The notes: a model not told the origin generated them from the sequence alone. A stretch of DNA of 64,000 nt from Trichormus sp. ATA11-4-KO1 (GCA_019358915.1 JAHHIM010000055.1:1-64000); one strand, 5' to 3'. Counted from the stretch's first letter, positions 31,412 through 42,943 are shown. Numbers and translations: made by a program.

Positions 31412-32746
31412 TTATAGTTTGAGGTTAGGGAAACCCATCGATACTTTGCTGAAATGAAAAGGAGACTGGTGGGGATTTTGAGCAGAACAAACAATCTCAT
31501 GACTATCCATGTGAAAAGTAGAGCCGTTGTTGTCTGCGGTTGGTAATGATAGTTGGCGTGGTATTTCAATTTTGAACATTGAACCAACGCCCAATTGACT
31601 TTCCAAAATAATTTTTCCCCCCATCATTCGCACCAAGGAATCTATGATTGCTAACCCTAAACCTGTACCAGGATATTTGCGAGTAATACTTTGATCGACT
31701 TGTCGAAAAGCTTCAAAAATATGTTTAAAATCTCTAGGAGCTATACCAATACCTGTATCGCGAACTGCGATCGTTATGCGATTTTTAGAAATTTCCTTAA
31801 CCTCAACCCAAATCCTACCAGATTCTGTAAACTTAATGGCATTAGATAAAAGATTTACCAAAATTTGCCGCACACGCACTGAGTCATTAAATACTAAAGG
31901 ATTTTGCAAGTCAGCTTGGACTTGCAAAGACAGCTTTTTTGCTTCAGCCAAAGAGCGCATTTCGGCTACGGCAATATTAATTACTTTTGTTAAATCAAAT
32001 AATTCTGGTTTTAACTCTAGCCTTCCTCCTTCCAATTTAGAAAAGTCGAGAACTTCATTTAATAGCATGAGCAAATGCTTACCATTATTCAAAATTCGCT
32101 CCACCATGTCTGTTTGCTGGTGGGTAAGTTGACCGAACTTAGGGCGCAATAATATTTGAGAAAAACCAATGATGGCATTCATGGGAGTTCGCAGTTCATG
32201 AGACATAGTTGCCAAAAACTGGGACTTGAGCCGTGATGCTTCTAATAGTTTGAAATTTTGCAACTGAATTTGTTGTCTTTGACTCTCCAATTCTTGATTC
32301 TTGCGAATTAGCTGCTCATTAGTTTCTCTCAACTGCTGATTTACCAAAGCTGTCTGCATTTCAGCGCGGTGTACCCGAATTGCATGGCGCAAAACCTGTG
32401 CTAGAGTTTCTGAACATACTCTAGATTTAGAAAGATAGTCTGTAGCACCAGCTTTCATCAATTCGACAGCAATTTGTTCGTCTCCCTGAGATGTGAGAAC
32501 TACTAAAGGAACTTTGATTTCCGAAGAGCGTAGTTTTTGGATTAGCGTCAAACCGTCCTGATCTGGTAAGCGATAATCGAGGAAAACACAGTCGTAGGGA
32601 CTATTTCTCAAAGCAGAAAGTGCATCATGGCCATCACCTACCTCAGACAGTTCCATGCAAACACCTGCTTGCGTCAGAGCGCGACGCACTGCCATGCGAT
32701 CTGCTTCTTCATCATCTACAACCAAAATTCTCAGCGTCTCTTCCAT
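31412..32746 (-). CDS. Hybrid sensor kinase (REC-coiled coil-HisKA-HATPase)
   Basis: LVVDD/FLDY receiver, SHELRTP, NLLSNAIKFT, GTGLGL. Confidence 0.92.
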   Translation of the reverse strand: MEETLRILVVDDEEADRMAVRRALTQAGVCMELSEVGDGHDALSALRNSPYDCVFLDYRLPDQDGLTLIQKLRSSEIKVPLVVLTSQGDEQIAVELMKAGATDYLSKSRVCSETLAQVLRHAIRVHRAEMQTALVNQQLRETNEQLIRKNQELESQRQQIQLQNFKLLEASRLKSQFLATMSHELRTPMNAIIGFSQILLRPKFGQLTHQQTDMVERILNNGKHLLMLLNEVLDFSKLEGGRLELKPELFDLTKVINIAVAEMRSLAEAKKLSLQVQADLQNPLVFNDSVRVRQILVNLLSNAIKFTESGRIWVEVKEISKNRITIAVRDTGIGIAPRDFKHIFEAFRQVDQSITRKYPGTGLGLAIIDSLVRMMGGKIILESQLGVGSMFKIEIPRQLSLPTADNNGSTFHMDSHEIVCSAQNPHQSPFHFSKVSMGFPNLKL

Positions 32747-32913
32747 TGGTTTTTACTTTCGCTGTCAAATACAGGTTGATGTATAGCATTTCTATTTTCA
32801 AAGTATCCAACTAAATAATTTTGATTTTAGATGGGGTTTTGATGGATATTTACCCCTCACTTGATTGCGTCTTAATTTTCGTACTCAAATCTCCCCACAA
32901 TTTGAGTTACTTA

Positions 32914-33116
32914 TAGGACTTACGCAAAATTTGCCAAAAAGCTTAATTTATCTAACCGCCAAGACGCCAAGAATTCATGGCATTGCTGAATCAGAATATG
33001 AAATGCTAAAATCACCCTGATTTTTCTTTGTACCTTTGCGCCTTTGCGCCTTTGCGCGAGATAAATTCATATTTTCGATCAGCAACGCCGAATTCATAGA
33101 GTGTGCGTAAGTCCTA
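32914..33116. mobile_element. MITE with TAGGACTTACGCA TIRs and 5-bp TSD (ACTTA), containing a second MITE
   Basis: Perfect 13-bp TIRs; ACTTA at 32909-32913 and 33117-33121. Confidence 0.85.
32979..33089. mobile_element. Nested 111-bp MITE (GGCRTTGCTG TIRs) with 8-bp TSD GAATTCAT
   Basis: GGCATTGCTGA...TCAGCAACGCC ends; GAATTCAT at 32971-32978 and 33090-33097; internal (CTTTGCGC)n. Confidence 0.85.
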
Positions 33117-33990
33117 ACTTAAATCAGATAGTATGTTGATCCTTTTCTTGGCATTTTCTGGAATTGAATTCACCTATTTGATTTTCAACTGGTTAATTAA
33201 ACAGTGTATGAGAATTAAAATTGAGAAATGTAGCTCAATGGGTAATAACCAATGGCTTTCACACAATTAATTAGCAACCTCACAATAACTGGTTACTCCA
33301 GTAGAAGAAACCAACATAAAGTAAAATAAAATACTTTATCGAGCCTCACAACAATTGTAAATGAGCGAGTTAACGCCCGTCCTCAGTCATTAGTGAGAGT
33401 TGCGTAGCAAAAACATGTACCATAAGCCTGAGCAGTTATACTCATTCAGTTGCTGAGGTGAAATAAAATGGAAAGCGCCGTCAACAGCAGCAATAGAATT
33501 CAAAAGCATCGTACCTCCTTCTGCTTCACAGTCTTTTGGAAGATCGCTAGATCGATGCCAGTATTTTCTTTGCGATCGCTGTTTTCTAGCGTTGGTAAAA
33601 TCACAAAACTTTTCCAGGTTTGGTTAAAGTTAACATGTAAGCATCGATCACTTTCTTCTATGGGAGCTTCAACTGGTTCTGATTTGTTCATTTCTTTGAG
33701 CTTTTTTCCCAGCTTTAGAATAATATTAATTATTAAATGAGTTGTTACTCTTGAGGTCATGACAAAAGTTAGAGTTCGTCCCAATATTTCATATTTTCTT
33801 GTAAAATAGCCATATATCTTCAGCTAGATTTTTGTCTGTATTTAGAATGAAAAAAGCAGAAATTTATTATTTCTATCGGTGGATGCAGGTTTGCTAAAAC
33901 ATCATCTATCTTTGGTTTGGGAAAATTCAGATAAACTGCTTAAAAAAGGTCATAGTTTGCAAGATGCAATCAGCAAAAGCGGGTATAGCA

Positions 33991-34716
33991 ATGAGTGAAA
34001 TAAGCATTATTTTAATTGAGGATCATGACCTGACGAGAATGGGACTAAGAGCTGCATTGCAGTCTCACAGTGCATTGCGAGTAATTGGTGAAGCCGCAAA
34101 TGCTACCCAAGGACTAAAACTTTTGGAAACGGCCAAGCCGGATGTGGCAGTGGTAGATATTGGCTTACCTGACATGGATGGCATTGAACTCACCCGTAAG
34201 TTTAGACGCTTTCAAGCGGAAACTGGGCAAACAGCTACCAAGATTTTGATCCTGACAATGGATCACACAGAAGATGCCGTACTAGCAGCTTTTGCGGCGG
34301 GTGCAGACTCTTATTACATGAAAGAGACAAGCATTAATAAATTAACAGAGGCAATACAAGCGACTTATGGCGGTAACTCTTGGATTGATCCAGCGATCGC
34401 CAACGTGGTATTGCGGAAAATGCGGCAAGGTATTCCAGTAGGAGATAGCCAACCATCTGATAAGCCAAAAACAGTAAAAATCGAGGCATTGGCGACGGAA
34501 TACGAACAAGTTTTAGAAACCTACCCTCTGACACAACGCGAACTAGAAATCCTCGAGTTAATTGTCGCTGGATGTAGTAATGGGCAAATTGCTGAACAAC
34601 TCTACATCACAGTTGGGACAGTTAAGACTCACGTTCGTAACATTTTAAATAAACTCTGTGCTGATGACCGTACCCAAGCTGCTGTGCGCGCATTGCGTTC
34701 TGGTTTAGTAGGGTGA
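33991..34716 (+). CDS. NarL/LuxR family response regulator
   Basis: LIEDH receiver, VVDIGLP, LTQRELEIL...TVKTHVRNIL HTH. Confidence 0.93.
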   Translation: MSEISIILIEDHDLTRMGLRAALQSHSALRVIGEAANATQGLKLLETAKPDVAVVDIGLPDMDGIELTRKFRRFQAETGQTATKILILTMDHTEDAVLAAFAAGADSYYMKETSINKLTEAIQATYGGNSWIDPAIANVVLRKMRQGIPVGDSQPSDKPKTVKIEALATEYEQVLETYPLTQRELEILELIVAGCSNGQIAEQLYITVGTVKTHVRNILNKLCADDRTQAAVRALRSGLVG

Positions 34717-34719
34717 GGG

Positions 34720-35016
34720 CGTGATAGGTGATAGGGGACAGGTGACAGGGGACAGGGGGACACGGGGACAAGAACAAAAATACTCCCCCATTCCCCAGGG
34801 CTGATTCGTTCCCTAAAAGGGTTAAAATTGCAAGGGCAAATCCACAATTAAGACCGAAAATTTTGGCATCTTCAGTCCGAAATACCTGATTTTTCTTTGC
34901 GTCTTTGCGCCTTTGCGTGAGATTATCCTCTTGACAAATCTCTAACACAAGCGAATGAAACAGCCCTGCCCCATTCCCCACTCCCAATGCCCAATGCCCA
35001 ATGCCCAATGCCCAAT
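34720..35016. repeat. Cluster of STRR repeats (GGGGACA)n, (CTTTGCGY)n and (CCCAATG)n between convergent genes
   Basis: Direct reading. Confidence 0.8.
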
Positions 35017-35021
35017 TCCCT

Positions 35022-36371
35022 TTAACCTAATCTTTCCTGTAAACAATTAGCAATCCGTCGTGCTGCACCTGGTTTACCCATGCGCCGCAGTCCGTTTTCG
35101 GAAATTATTTGCAAAGTATCAGGATTTTTGAACAGCGATCGCATGACTTGGGCAACTTTTGCTGGTTGGTCTACTAAAATCAAAGATGCTCCTAACAGAC
35201 GGCTTTGAGCTTCGGCAAAGGCTGGGGTATATTGGGGGCCATTACCAGGAATAGCGATCGCAGGTTTCCCTAAACCAACAAATTGTTCTGTTGCTGTACC
35301 TGCCATGGCGATCGCTACATCTCCCCAATGTAAACAATCGTTGTAAGCTTGTTGTGTGAGCAACAAATAAGCGTTTCTTTGATTAAAGATTAAGGCATTA
35401 GTATCAGCAAGTGGAATAGGACTTTCCGAGTGGGGTTGCCAACCTTGAGATTGAAGAGTTTGACATAAAATATTATTGTCTAGATTAGGTGCGATCGCCC
35501 CCAAAAATACCACGCTTCCAGAAGTGTGTAAAATAGAATCCCGTTCCTGGAAACTAGCCAGTAATGCAGATACAGCCGTCATAATTACTTCCCAGTTCTT
35601 ATATGCTTCCGGGGGACGAGAACCAGGTAATAAAGTCACAACTAATGGTCTAGCTATTTCTTGCTGTTGGGCATCAGCACTGTAAAATTTTGGGGATGAA
35701 AACGTAGGTTCTAAATCATCCATCATTGGATTGCCTAAATCAAAAGCCGGAATTGACCACTGTTGTAATATTTGCGTAGTCAACGCATCTCTAGGGAACA
35801 CAGCCTGACAACGGCGACGACTCATCAACCAACGTTCCCAAGGATGATAAATCGAACCAGAAAAATTTTCCCAACGTGTAGCTTTTGATTTCCTGGGTAA
35901 TAATCCTACTTCATCTCGGACATAGTATTCTGATTTTGCCGTACCCACAAAAGCATAATTAGCACCACTGAAAGTGGCAAATAATAAAGGTACAATATCT
36001 CCTACAGCTAAAATAGCTACCTTGTTGCCTAATTTTTTGTGATAACGCACCCAACGACGCATAGCTTTAATTTGCTGGAGAGTTAGTTGCACTAAACCGC
36101 CACGCACATCTCGTACTAGTTGGCGACTATCCATATACACAAAACCACCAGAAGGCATAGTGCGGACTGAACCGATAAGCGGGATATTTAACTTTTGGTA
36201 AGTGTGTCCTTCACCCACCAAAGGTAAAGCAAAGATATCTGGGGGGTTTGCTTGTTGCTGGAGTTCCTGCAAAATGGTAACAGCGATCGCATCTTCACCA
36301 TGACCATTACTTAAAACTAGTAGTTGCAAACCAGAGGTCGCATCTGACGATAATTGGGATACATTACTCAT
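35022..36371 (-). CDS. Lipid-A-disaccharide-synthase-related glycosyltransferase-like protein (TIGR03492-type)
   Basis: LSNGHGED, PSGGF, GTAKS, LLPGSRP, AMAGTATEQ.VGLGKP, GPQYT..FA. Confidence 0.8.
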   Translation of the reverse strand: MSNVSQLSSDATSGLQLLVLSNGHGEDAIAVTILQELQQQANPPDIFALPLVGEGHTYQKLNIPLIGSVRTMPSGGFVYMDSRQLVRDVRGGLVQLTLQQIKAMRRWVRYHKKLGNKVAILAVGDIVPLLFATFSGANYAFVGTAKSEYYVRDEVGLLPRKSKATRWENFSGSIYHPWERWLMSRRRCQAVFPRDALTTQILQQWSIPAFDLGNPMMDDLEPTFSSPKFYSADAQQQEIARPLVVTLLPGSRPPEAYKNWEVIMTAVSALLASFQERDSILHTSGSVVFLGAIAPNLDNNILCQTLQSQGWQPHSESPIPLADTNALIFNQRNAYLLLTQQAYNDCLHWGDVAIAMAGTATEQFVGLGKPAIAIPGNGPQYTPAFAEAQSRLLGASLILVDQPAKVAQVMRSLFKNPDTLQIISENGLRRMGKPGAARRIANCLQERLG

Positions 36372-36511
36372 AAGAAACAAAATATGAAAATTAACTGTCT
36401 TTTTGGGCAAGAGGTATCAATGAGGATATCAATCAACCAAGGTGGAAGTTAGTATTATCCTCATGAATTCAACTCACTACAACTAACTACCAGTTAATTA
36501 AACTAAATATT

Positions 36512-38554
36512 ATGCGAATTTCTTCTGCTGCAATTTTTACTTTAGCTACTTTGGCAGCTAGCAATATTACACAACAAGCAACGGCTACAACTATTACAGC
36601 CGCTTCTGTGGATGAATCTGCTGAAAACTCAGTAGTGCCAGTCATGGAAGAAACACCTGCGCGAGTAGAGGCTATTTCATCCCCTGAAACTGTGGCTACA
36701 GAAAAATTTTCCCCAAATTCTGTAGTTGTGCCAGCAAGTGTAAATCAAAATTCCCCAGTTGCCCTCACACCAGCAACCAAAGAAAATCTCCTCATCGCCT
36801 CCTCTGCTACTGACAATAATTTAGTAGTCACCGCTACAAATATCCAAGTAGTCGGAGCAACTCAGGAATTGCAGCAGATTGTTCGCCAAGTGATTAAAAC
36901 CCAAGCGGGTGGCGAAACCAGCCAAAATCAGCTAAAAAGTGATGTGGCAGCGATTTTAGAGACTGGTTTATTTGCCAGTGCCAACGTCAATAGCAGCAGC
37001 ACACCAGCCGGATTAAATGTAGTGTATCAGGTGCAACCAGTGGTAGTGCGATCGCTACAACTTTCAGGAGCCAAAGCACTCACCTACCAAGTGGCACAGG
37101 AACGTTTTCAATCCCAAATCGGCAAACCCATCAGTCCAGAAGGACTCAAACAAGCCGTACAACAAGTTGATAAATGGTATACCGATAATGGTTATCAACT
37201 AGCCAACGTGTTATCGATTAAACCGAACCGCGAAGGCATTCTCACTGTAAATGTAGCTGAAGGTTTGGTGGGTGACATCAAATTTCGCTTTATTAACGAT
37301 GAAGGTAAAACCACTGATAGCAAGGGTGAACCAGTAGGGGGACGTACCCAACCAGATTTTCTGCGGCAGCAATTAACACTAAAACCAGGGCAAATCTTTC
37401 AAGAAAATACTGTCAGGCAAGATGTCCAACAGTTGTATCGCACTGGCTTATTTGAAACCGTAAATGTTGCCCTCGCAGGAGATGCCACAAAAGTTGATTT
37501 AATTTACGAACTCAAAGAATTTGGGGCCCGGGCGATTAACTTAGGTGGTAGTTTTAACGCTGATTTAGGGCTATTAGGGACATTAAGCTATCGAGATCAG
37601 AATATCGGTGGTGTTAACGATAACTTGGCTGTTAATGTGGGCGTTAGCCGCAGCGATTTGCAGTTTGATACTAAATTTACCAGCCCCTATCGCTCAACTG
37701 AACCCGATCGCCTAGGCTACACTATCAATGCCTTCCGTCGCCGGGAAATTTCCGCAACGTTTGATGACAGCATCAAATTGGCTAATGGCGATAAAGTGCG
37801 GGAAGGTCAAATCGGTGCTGGTATTAGCCTCCAGCAACCGCTTGACGACTGGAATACATCTTTAGGATTCAACTATACTCGCACCAGTATTCGCGATCGC
37901 CAAGGTAATATTACCCCAACAGACGAACAAGGCAATCGCCTCTCTGCCAGTGGTACAGGTATCGATGACCTAACTACTGTATCCTTCACCGCCTCCCAAG
38001 ACAAACGCAATAACCTCATCAATCCCACTCAAGGTTCGTTACTGAGTTTGAGTACAGAACAATCCGTACCTGTTGGTCAAGGGAATATTTCCATGAATCG
38101 CCTCACAGCAAATTACAGTCAATATGTGCCAGTGAAGTTATTCAACACTAATAATCAACAGCCACAAGTCTTCGCGGTCAATTTCCAAGCTGGCACAGTG
38201 ATTGGCGATTTACCACCTTATGAAAGTTTTAACTTGGGTGGTTCCAATTCAGTGCGGGGTTACGATGCTGGAGAGGTTGGCAGTGGCCGCACTTATTTAT
38301 TAGCTTCCGCAGAATACCGCTTTCCCATCATGCCAGTGTTGGGAGGTGTGTTATTTGCCGATTTTGCTTCAGACTTAGGCTCCGGTGATACTGTATTAGG
38401 AGATCCGGCTGGCGTGCGGGATAAACCAGGTTATGGTTTTGGTTATGGGGCAGGAGTACGTGTAAACTCACCTCTAGGCTTAATCCGGGCTGATTATGGC
38501 ATTAATGACCAGGGAGAAAGCAAAGTACATTTAGGTATAGGTCAAAGGTTTTAA
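36512..38554 (+). CDS. BamA/Omp85 (Toc75-like) outer-membrane protein
   Basis: Signal peptide, POTRA repeats, LGGSNSVRGY, SAEYRFP, YGAGVR..SPLG.IRADY, terminal F. Confidence 0.92.
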   Translation: MRISSAAIFTLATLAASNITQQATATTITAASVDESAENSVVPVMEETPARVEAISSPETVATEKFSPNSVVVPASVNQNSPVALTPATKENLLIASSATDNNLVVTATNIQVVGATQELQQIVRQVIKTQAGGETSQNQLKSDVAAILETGLFASANVNSSSTPAGLNVVYQVQPVVVRSLQLSGAKALTYQVAQERFQSQIGKPISPEGLKQAVQQVDKWYTDNGYQLANVLSIKPNREGILTVNVAEGLVGDIKFRFINDEGKTTDSKGEPVGGRTQPDFLRQQLTLKPGQIFQENTVRQDVQQLYRTGLFETVNVALAGDATKVDLIYELKEFGARAINLGGSFNADLGLLGTLSYRDQNIGGVNDNLAVNVGVSRSDLQFDTKFTSPYRSTEPDRLGYTINAFRRREISATFDDSIKLANGDKVREGQIGAGISLQQPLDDWNTSLGFNYTRTSIRDRQGNITPTDEQGNRLSASGTGIDDLTTVSFTASQDKRNNLINPTQGSLLSLSTEQSVPVGQGNISMNRLTANYSQYVPVKLFNTNNQQPQVFAVNFQAGTVIGDLPPYESFNLGGSNSVRGYDAGEVGSGRTYLLASAEYRFPIMPVLGGVLFADFASDLGSGDTVLGDPAGVRDKPGYGFGYGAGVRVNSPLGLIRADYGINDQGESKVHLGIGQRF

Positions 38555-38861
38555 TCAGTCGCGGTAGGGGCGAAGTGCGATTTTCCCCTACTGTATGATG
38601 AATAAGACAAAGCTGTTACGATAATCGTGAGTTTTTTTCACTTCGGGATTCTCAAACATAAATCAATTCTGTATGTAGCGATTCCCAGTTGAGTGAGGTA
38701 CAGACCATTGTCGGGGCAATTCCTGAATTGCTTCTGACTAAGTAACTCAGCAGATGAGGAAATGCTATGAAGATATGGCAAAAATTTGTGGTTTAGAATT
38801 GCCTGAAGACTCAACAAACAGTAACATCTGCTTACTCAGCACTCAGCACTCAGCACTTCTT

Positions 38862-40400
38862 ATGTTAGCAGGCACAATTTTGCAGGGTGGCAAATATACC
38901 CTGATCCAAGAAATAGGGCGCGGTGGCTTTGGCATTACGTTTAAGGCTACCCATCACTACTTAGGTCAGGAAGTAGTGATGAAAACCATTAATGAACGAC
39001 TGCGACAACATCCTGATTTTGCTAAGTTCGAGCGCCAATTCCAAGATGAAGCCAGAAGATTAGCTACGTGTATTCATCCCAATATTGTCTGGGTCAGTGA
39101 CTTTTTTGTCGAAGATGGCCTACCTTACATGGTGATGGAATACATTCCTGGGGAAACCTTGGGAAATGCATTTGTACTGCCAGCAATACCCTTACCAGAA
39201 GCCATAGCAATTCATTACATCCGTCAAATTGGGGCAGCATTACAGGTAATACACAACAATGGTTTACTGCACCGGGATGTCAAACCAGATAATATTATCC
39301 TCCGTCATGGAACTCAAGAGGTAGTACTCATTGATTTTGGCATTGCCCGCGAATTTAATAATGGTGTCAGGCAAACTCAGACAGGAATGGTTTCTGAGGG
39401 CTATTCTCCCATTGAACAATACTTAACCCAAGCACCGCGCACACCCGCTACAGATGTTTATGGTTTAGCCGCAACTTTGTATGCTTTATTAACAGCACAA
39501 GTTCCCTTACCTGCATTATTGCGCGATCGCGAAAAAATGCCTTCTCCCCGCGAACTGCAACCCCATCTGAGTGCAGCAGTCAATCAAGCAGTAATGCGTG
39601 GTATGGCTGTAGAATCCCGTTTTCGTCCGGCGACAGTCGCCGAGTGGTTACAACTACTGCCGGGAAATGTGATAAATACACCTCAAGTAATTCCCACGCA
39701 AGCAATACCGACAATTAATTTATCTCTGAAGCAGCAACGAGAAAAATTTCCGCAAGAAACCATCCTCAGTCGGATTAAGCAGCCATCAAAGTCTCACAAA
39801 CACAGGGCTGCTCAAGTATATATAGGAATAGGTGTAGCCGTTGTTGCTGCTACAGCAGGTTTTGGTGTAACTAGCCTATTTTCTTCTTCTGAACCACAGT
39901 CATCCTCACCACCGCTATTTGAAAGGCGGATAGTAGAGCCGACTAATCAAAAACCTACCTTTGATTCTCCTTCTTCCTCTCAGGAAGAGGAGAATAGTAC
40001 CACACAAAATTCTCGAACTTCTTCCCCAAGTAATTCTGCACCAGTCTCAACTCCCAGGCGACGCCAGCGCAACCTTCCTGTTGCTCAAGATGAATCTCCA
40101 AAGACCACTAGTAGCAGTAGTTCAGAAAAATCAACGCCAACCAACCCTGATCAATCTTCAGTCAAACCTAGCATCGCTCCCACACCGTCGTTAGTAGAGA
40201 GGCTAAGGGCTATCCGTTCATCTCGTGATGCTTCACTAGAAAATACTGTACCTGCTTCAAGAAAAGATTCTATCTCACCCCCATCGGTAAGACCATCAAA
40301 TCCTGTAATTATACCAACAGCGCCACCACCTGTGGAATCAAAACGCTCAGATCCTCCGCCAGTGATTGTCCCAACTTTGGAGATGAAGCCAAATAATTAA
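38862..40400 (+). CDS. Hanks-type Ser/Thr protein kinase with TM segment and Ser/Pro-rich tail
   Basis: [26 protein letters not shown]. Confidence 0.93.
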   Translation: MLAGTILQGGKYTLIQEIGRGGFGITFKATHHYLGQEVVMKTINERLRQHPDFAKFERQFQDEARRLATCIHPNIVWVSDFFVEDGLPYMVMEYIPGETLGNAFVLPAIPLPEAIAIHYIRQIGAALQVIHNNGLLHRDVKPDNIILRHGTQEVVLIDFGIAREFNNGVRQTQTGMVSEGYSPIEQYLTQAPRTPATDVYGLAATLYALLTAQVPLPALLRDREKMPSPRELQPHLSAAVNQAVMRGMAVESRFRPATVAEWLQLLPGNVINTPQVIPTQAIPTINLSLKQQREKFPQETILSRIKQPSKSHKHRAAQVYIGIGVAVVAATAGFGVTSLFSSSEPQSSSPPLFERRIVEPTNQKPTFDSPSSSQEEENSTTQNSRTSSPSNSAPVSTPRRRQRNLPVAQDESPKTTSSSSSEKSTPTNPDQSSVKPSIAPTPSLVERLRAIRSSRDASLENTVPASRKDSISPPSVRPSNPVIIPTAPPPVESKRSDPPPVIVPTLEMKPNN

Positions 40401-40682
40401 CCTAAATATTGCCGCTCAGGCTACGCGATTAATCAGCTAAAACCTATTCTTAGTTTTTGTATTCAAGGTGGGTAAAAATTACCTAAAATTTTGTCCAATT
40501 TTAGGCTTTCCACCTTTGTGACTTTGAGCCTTTGTGGTTCAAAAGTTATTTTTTTACCACTAAGACACTAAGACACCAAGAAGAATACATTACACCTTGA
40601 AAGGGCTAGTCCTAATTTATACTCGTCTTTAGTTCCTAGCTTCTTTTCCATTGGTGCTGGTGTACACAGTTCATGATGGCTA

Positions 40683-40865
40683 CTAGGGAGCTTTTTTATC
40701 CTTGTCTAATGCTTCCTGGATAGCACGTCTACAGAACTCTGGAGGGTCATCTTTTGACTTTACTTCTTCCTTCATTTCCTTTGTGACACGGAAACTTAAT
40801 TGGTCTGATAGTTCTTTGCTCGGTTGATTTCCAAAATTTTCAGGCTTACCCTTGCGGTTAGACAT
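40683..40865 (-). CDS. Small ribbon-helix-helix (CopG-like) protein
   Basis: QLSFRVTKEMKEEV...EFCRRAIQEAL pattern. Confidence 0.6.
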   Translation of the reverse strand: MSNRKGKPENFGNQPSKELSDQLSFRVTKEMKEEVKSKDDPPEFCRRAIQEALDKDKKAP

Positions 40866-40995
40866 TTGTGTAGAAACATGAATATAGCTTGAAGCCGATG
40901 AAACCATCGGCTTATAGTCTTAAATCGGTGGTGTTCTTTGTCTAGGAAACTGGTACACCACCGATACCACTTTGAGAAAGAGGCATTACTATTCT

Positions 40996-41373
40996 ATGTT
41001 CACTCGTACTGAGTTAGAACTGTTGACCGTTCCGCAGTTAAAAATTCTCTGCAATCGCTACGGTTTACGAGCCACTGGGAACCCAGGATATAAAACCAGT
41101 TACATCACTACCCTCATGGCATTCCCCGTATTGGCAGTACATCAGGTAGAGAAGGGTGAAGGGTTGAAGTCACCCTTATTCGGTAGTCTCCAGGAAATAA
41201 ATACTGCATTAGATGAGATGGGTAATCCCACACCTGAGCAATCGGCGCTGCTAAGAATTTCTTTTGAAGGTAGGAGGATGAGTATTCCGGATAGGTATAA
41301 CCAAGAGAAACTGATAGCTATTTACAAGGCTAAAAACCACTTAGAAGAAGTAATTAGCTTACTGGCAATGTAG
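40996..41373 (+). CDS. Hypothetical protein with SAP/HeH-like N-terminus
   Basis: LTVPQLKILCNRYGLRATG...K..YI motif; RBS GAGG upstream. Confidence 0.6.
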   Translation: MFTRTELELLTVPQLKILCNRYGLRATGNPGYKTSYITTLMAFPVLAVHQVEKGEGLKSPLFGSLQEINTALDEMGNPTPEQSALLRISFEGRRMSIPDRYNQEKLIAIYKAKNHLEEVISLLAM

Positions 41374-41380
41374 AGTTAAT

Positions 41381-41430
41381 TAGTTAGGACTTTAGTCCCG
41401 TCTGTAGGGACTAAAGTCTCTACTACAAAC
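41381..41430. repeat. Degenerate REP doublet (GGACTTTAGTCC...GGACTAAAGTC.CTAC)
   Basis: Same family as the REPs flanking the RAYT gene. Confidence 0.75.
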
Positions 41431-41437
41431 TGGTAAA

Positions 41438-41522
41438 CGGAGAGGGGGGGATTCGAACCCCCGTTGAGTTGCCCCAAAACGCATTTCGAGTGCGTCGCAT
41501 TCAACCACTCTGCCACCTCTCC
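41438..41522 (-). tRNA. trnS: tRNA-Ser(CGA)
   Basis: GGAGAGG acceptor stem, ACGCA-CTCGAAA-TGCGT anticodon arm, long variable arm, GGTTCGAATCC T-loop; CCA not encoded. Confidence 0.97.
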
Positions 41523-41634
41523 AGTTATTTATTCACGCTTGTGAATTTAGGGAAATGTTATTGCATATCCTCTGTCATCATAGCATCCCGATATGTGAAG
41601 GTTTTACCTGAAGTTGATAGAAATGCGATCGCTT

Positions 41635-42744
41635 CTAAGTCAAAACCAAGTTATCTCTGTGAATTACGGTATCTGCACCGACATAACCCAAAATTGTCGC
41701 TATTTCCCGCGAATGACAACCACGAATTTTTTGCAGTTCATCGCTGTTGTAGTTAACCAGTCCTCTGCCAATTTCGTTACCACTGGTGTCACACAATTGC
41801 ACTGCGTCTTGAGTGTCAAATTCCCCTTCTACTACCTTAATGCCAGCTGCCAATAACGATTTTCCTGCCTGGGCGATCGCCGCGATCGCTCCGGGATCTA
41901 AATATAATTTCCCCGCAGGCACTAAACCGTAGGCTATCCAACGTTTACGAGCAGAAGTTGGTTCAGGCTGTGGTTGAAAGTGAGTACCCAGGGGTTCCCC
42001 TTGTAAAATTTTTTCGATATTCTGAGGAAAACGCCCTTCAGTAATTACAGTCCGCACTCCGGCCGCAATGGCAATTCTCGCAGCCGAAATTTTGGTTACC
42101 ATGCCACCAGTACCCCATTGAGAGCCTTGAGAGCCTGTTTGCACCTGCAATTGTGTTAATTCTTTGATGTTACTCACCAAAGATATGGGACGAGCATCAG
42201 GTACAGAACGCGGATCAGCTGAGTACAGCCGATCTACATCGGTGAGCAAAAATAGCCAATCTGCTTCTACTAAGCTGGCAACTAATGCTGAAAGGGTGTC
42301 ATTATCGCCAAATTTCAGTTCGTCCACTGCTACCGTATCATTCTCATTCACCACCGGAATCACTCCCAGTCCCAGCAGTTCTCGAAAAGTGTTGTAGGCG
42401 TTGAGATAGCGGCTGCGCTGTACCAAGTCGCTGCGAGTCAGTAACACTTGGGCTATGGGCTGTTGCAAGGTAGTAAATAAATCATCATACACCCGCATTA
42501 ACCGTCCTTGTCCGACTGCTGCCACTGCCTGTTTGAGGGCGATCGCCTTGGGACGTTCGGTTAAGCCCAACCGCGCACAACCCACTCCCACAGCACCAGA
42601 GGAAACCAAAATCACTCGATGGCCTTGCCGCCTTAAGTAGGAGAGTGTTTCCGCCAAGGTGGCAATGGTGGAAAGTGCTAGTTGTCCGGTTTCTGGTTTT
42701 GTGAGGCTAGATGTGCCAATTTTGACAACGATCGTTTTGGTCAT
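41635..42744 (-). CDS. proB: Glutamate 5-kinase
   Basis: [43 protein letters not shown] domain. Confidence 0.97.
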   Translation of the reverse strand: MTKTIVVKIGTSSLTKPETGQLALSTIATLAETLSYLRRQGHRVILVSSGAVGVGCARLGLTERPKAIALKQAVAAVGQGRLMRVYDDLFTTLQQPIAQVLLTRSDLVQRSRYLNAYNTFRELLGLGVIPVVNENDTVAVDELKFGDNDTLSALVASLVEADWLFLLTDVDRLYSADPRSVPDARPISLVSNIKELTQLQVQTGSQGSQWGTGGMVTKISAARIAIAAGVRTVITEGRFPQNIEKILQGEPLGTHFQPQPEPTSARKRWIAYGLVPAGKLYLDPGAIAAIAQAGKSLLAAGIKVVEGEFDTQDAVQLCDTSGNEIGRGLVNYNSDELQKIRGCHSREIATILGYVGADTVIHRDNLVLT

Positions 42745-42943
42745 TGGTCATTTTCAGTAAAAAATTGTAAAGCGCCAGTCACTCTATATATGAGTTCTGA
42801 CGCTTTACGGGTTTATATGTATTTGTTATACGCTAAGGTCTTTATTTGGCTGACCCCATGTTATTAATACTTATGATCCCCGATTTTTGTATCCTGGGGC
42901 AATTCCTTAATTATTTCTTTAGATTTACTTTCCTGACGATTTG

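Noticed and set aside
34622..35008. 128-aa and 72-aa ORFs on the minus strand
   Set aside because: They are translations of STRR repeats (GIGHWALG, SPCPLSP) and overlap the response regulator
40400..41522. Integrated element with att sites at tRNA-Ser
   Set aside because: No integrase and no duplicated tRNA 3' end seen in the window
41469..41856. 95-aa and 80-aa plus-strand ORFs
   Set aside because: Antisense to tRNA-Ser and proB; no recognisable motifs
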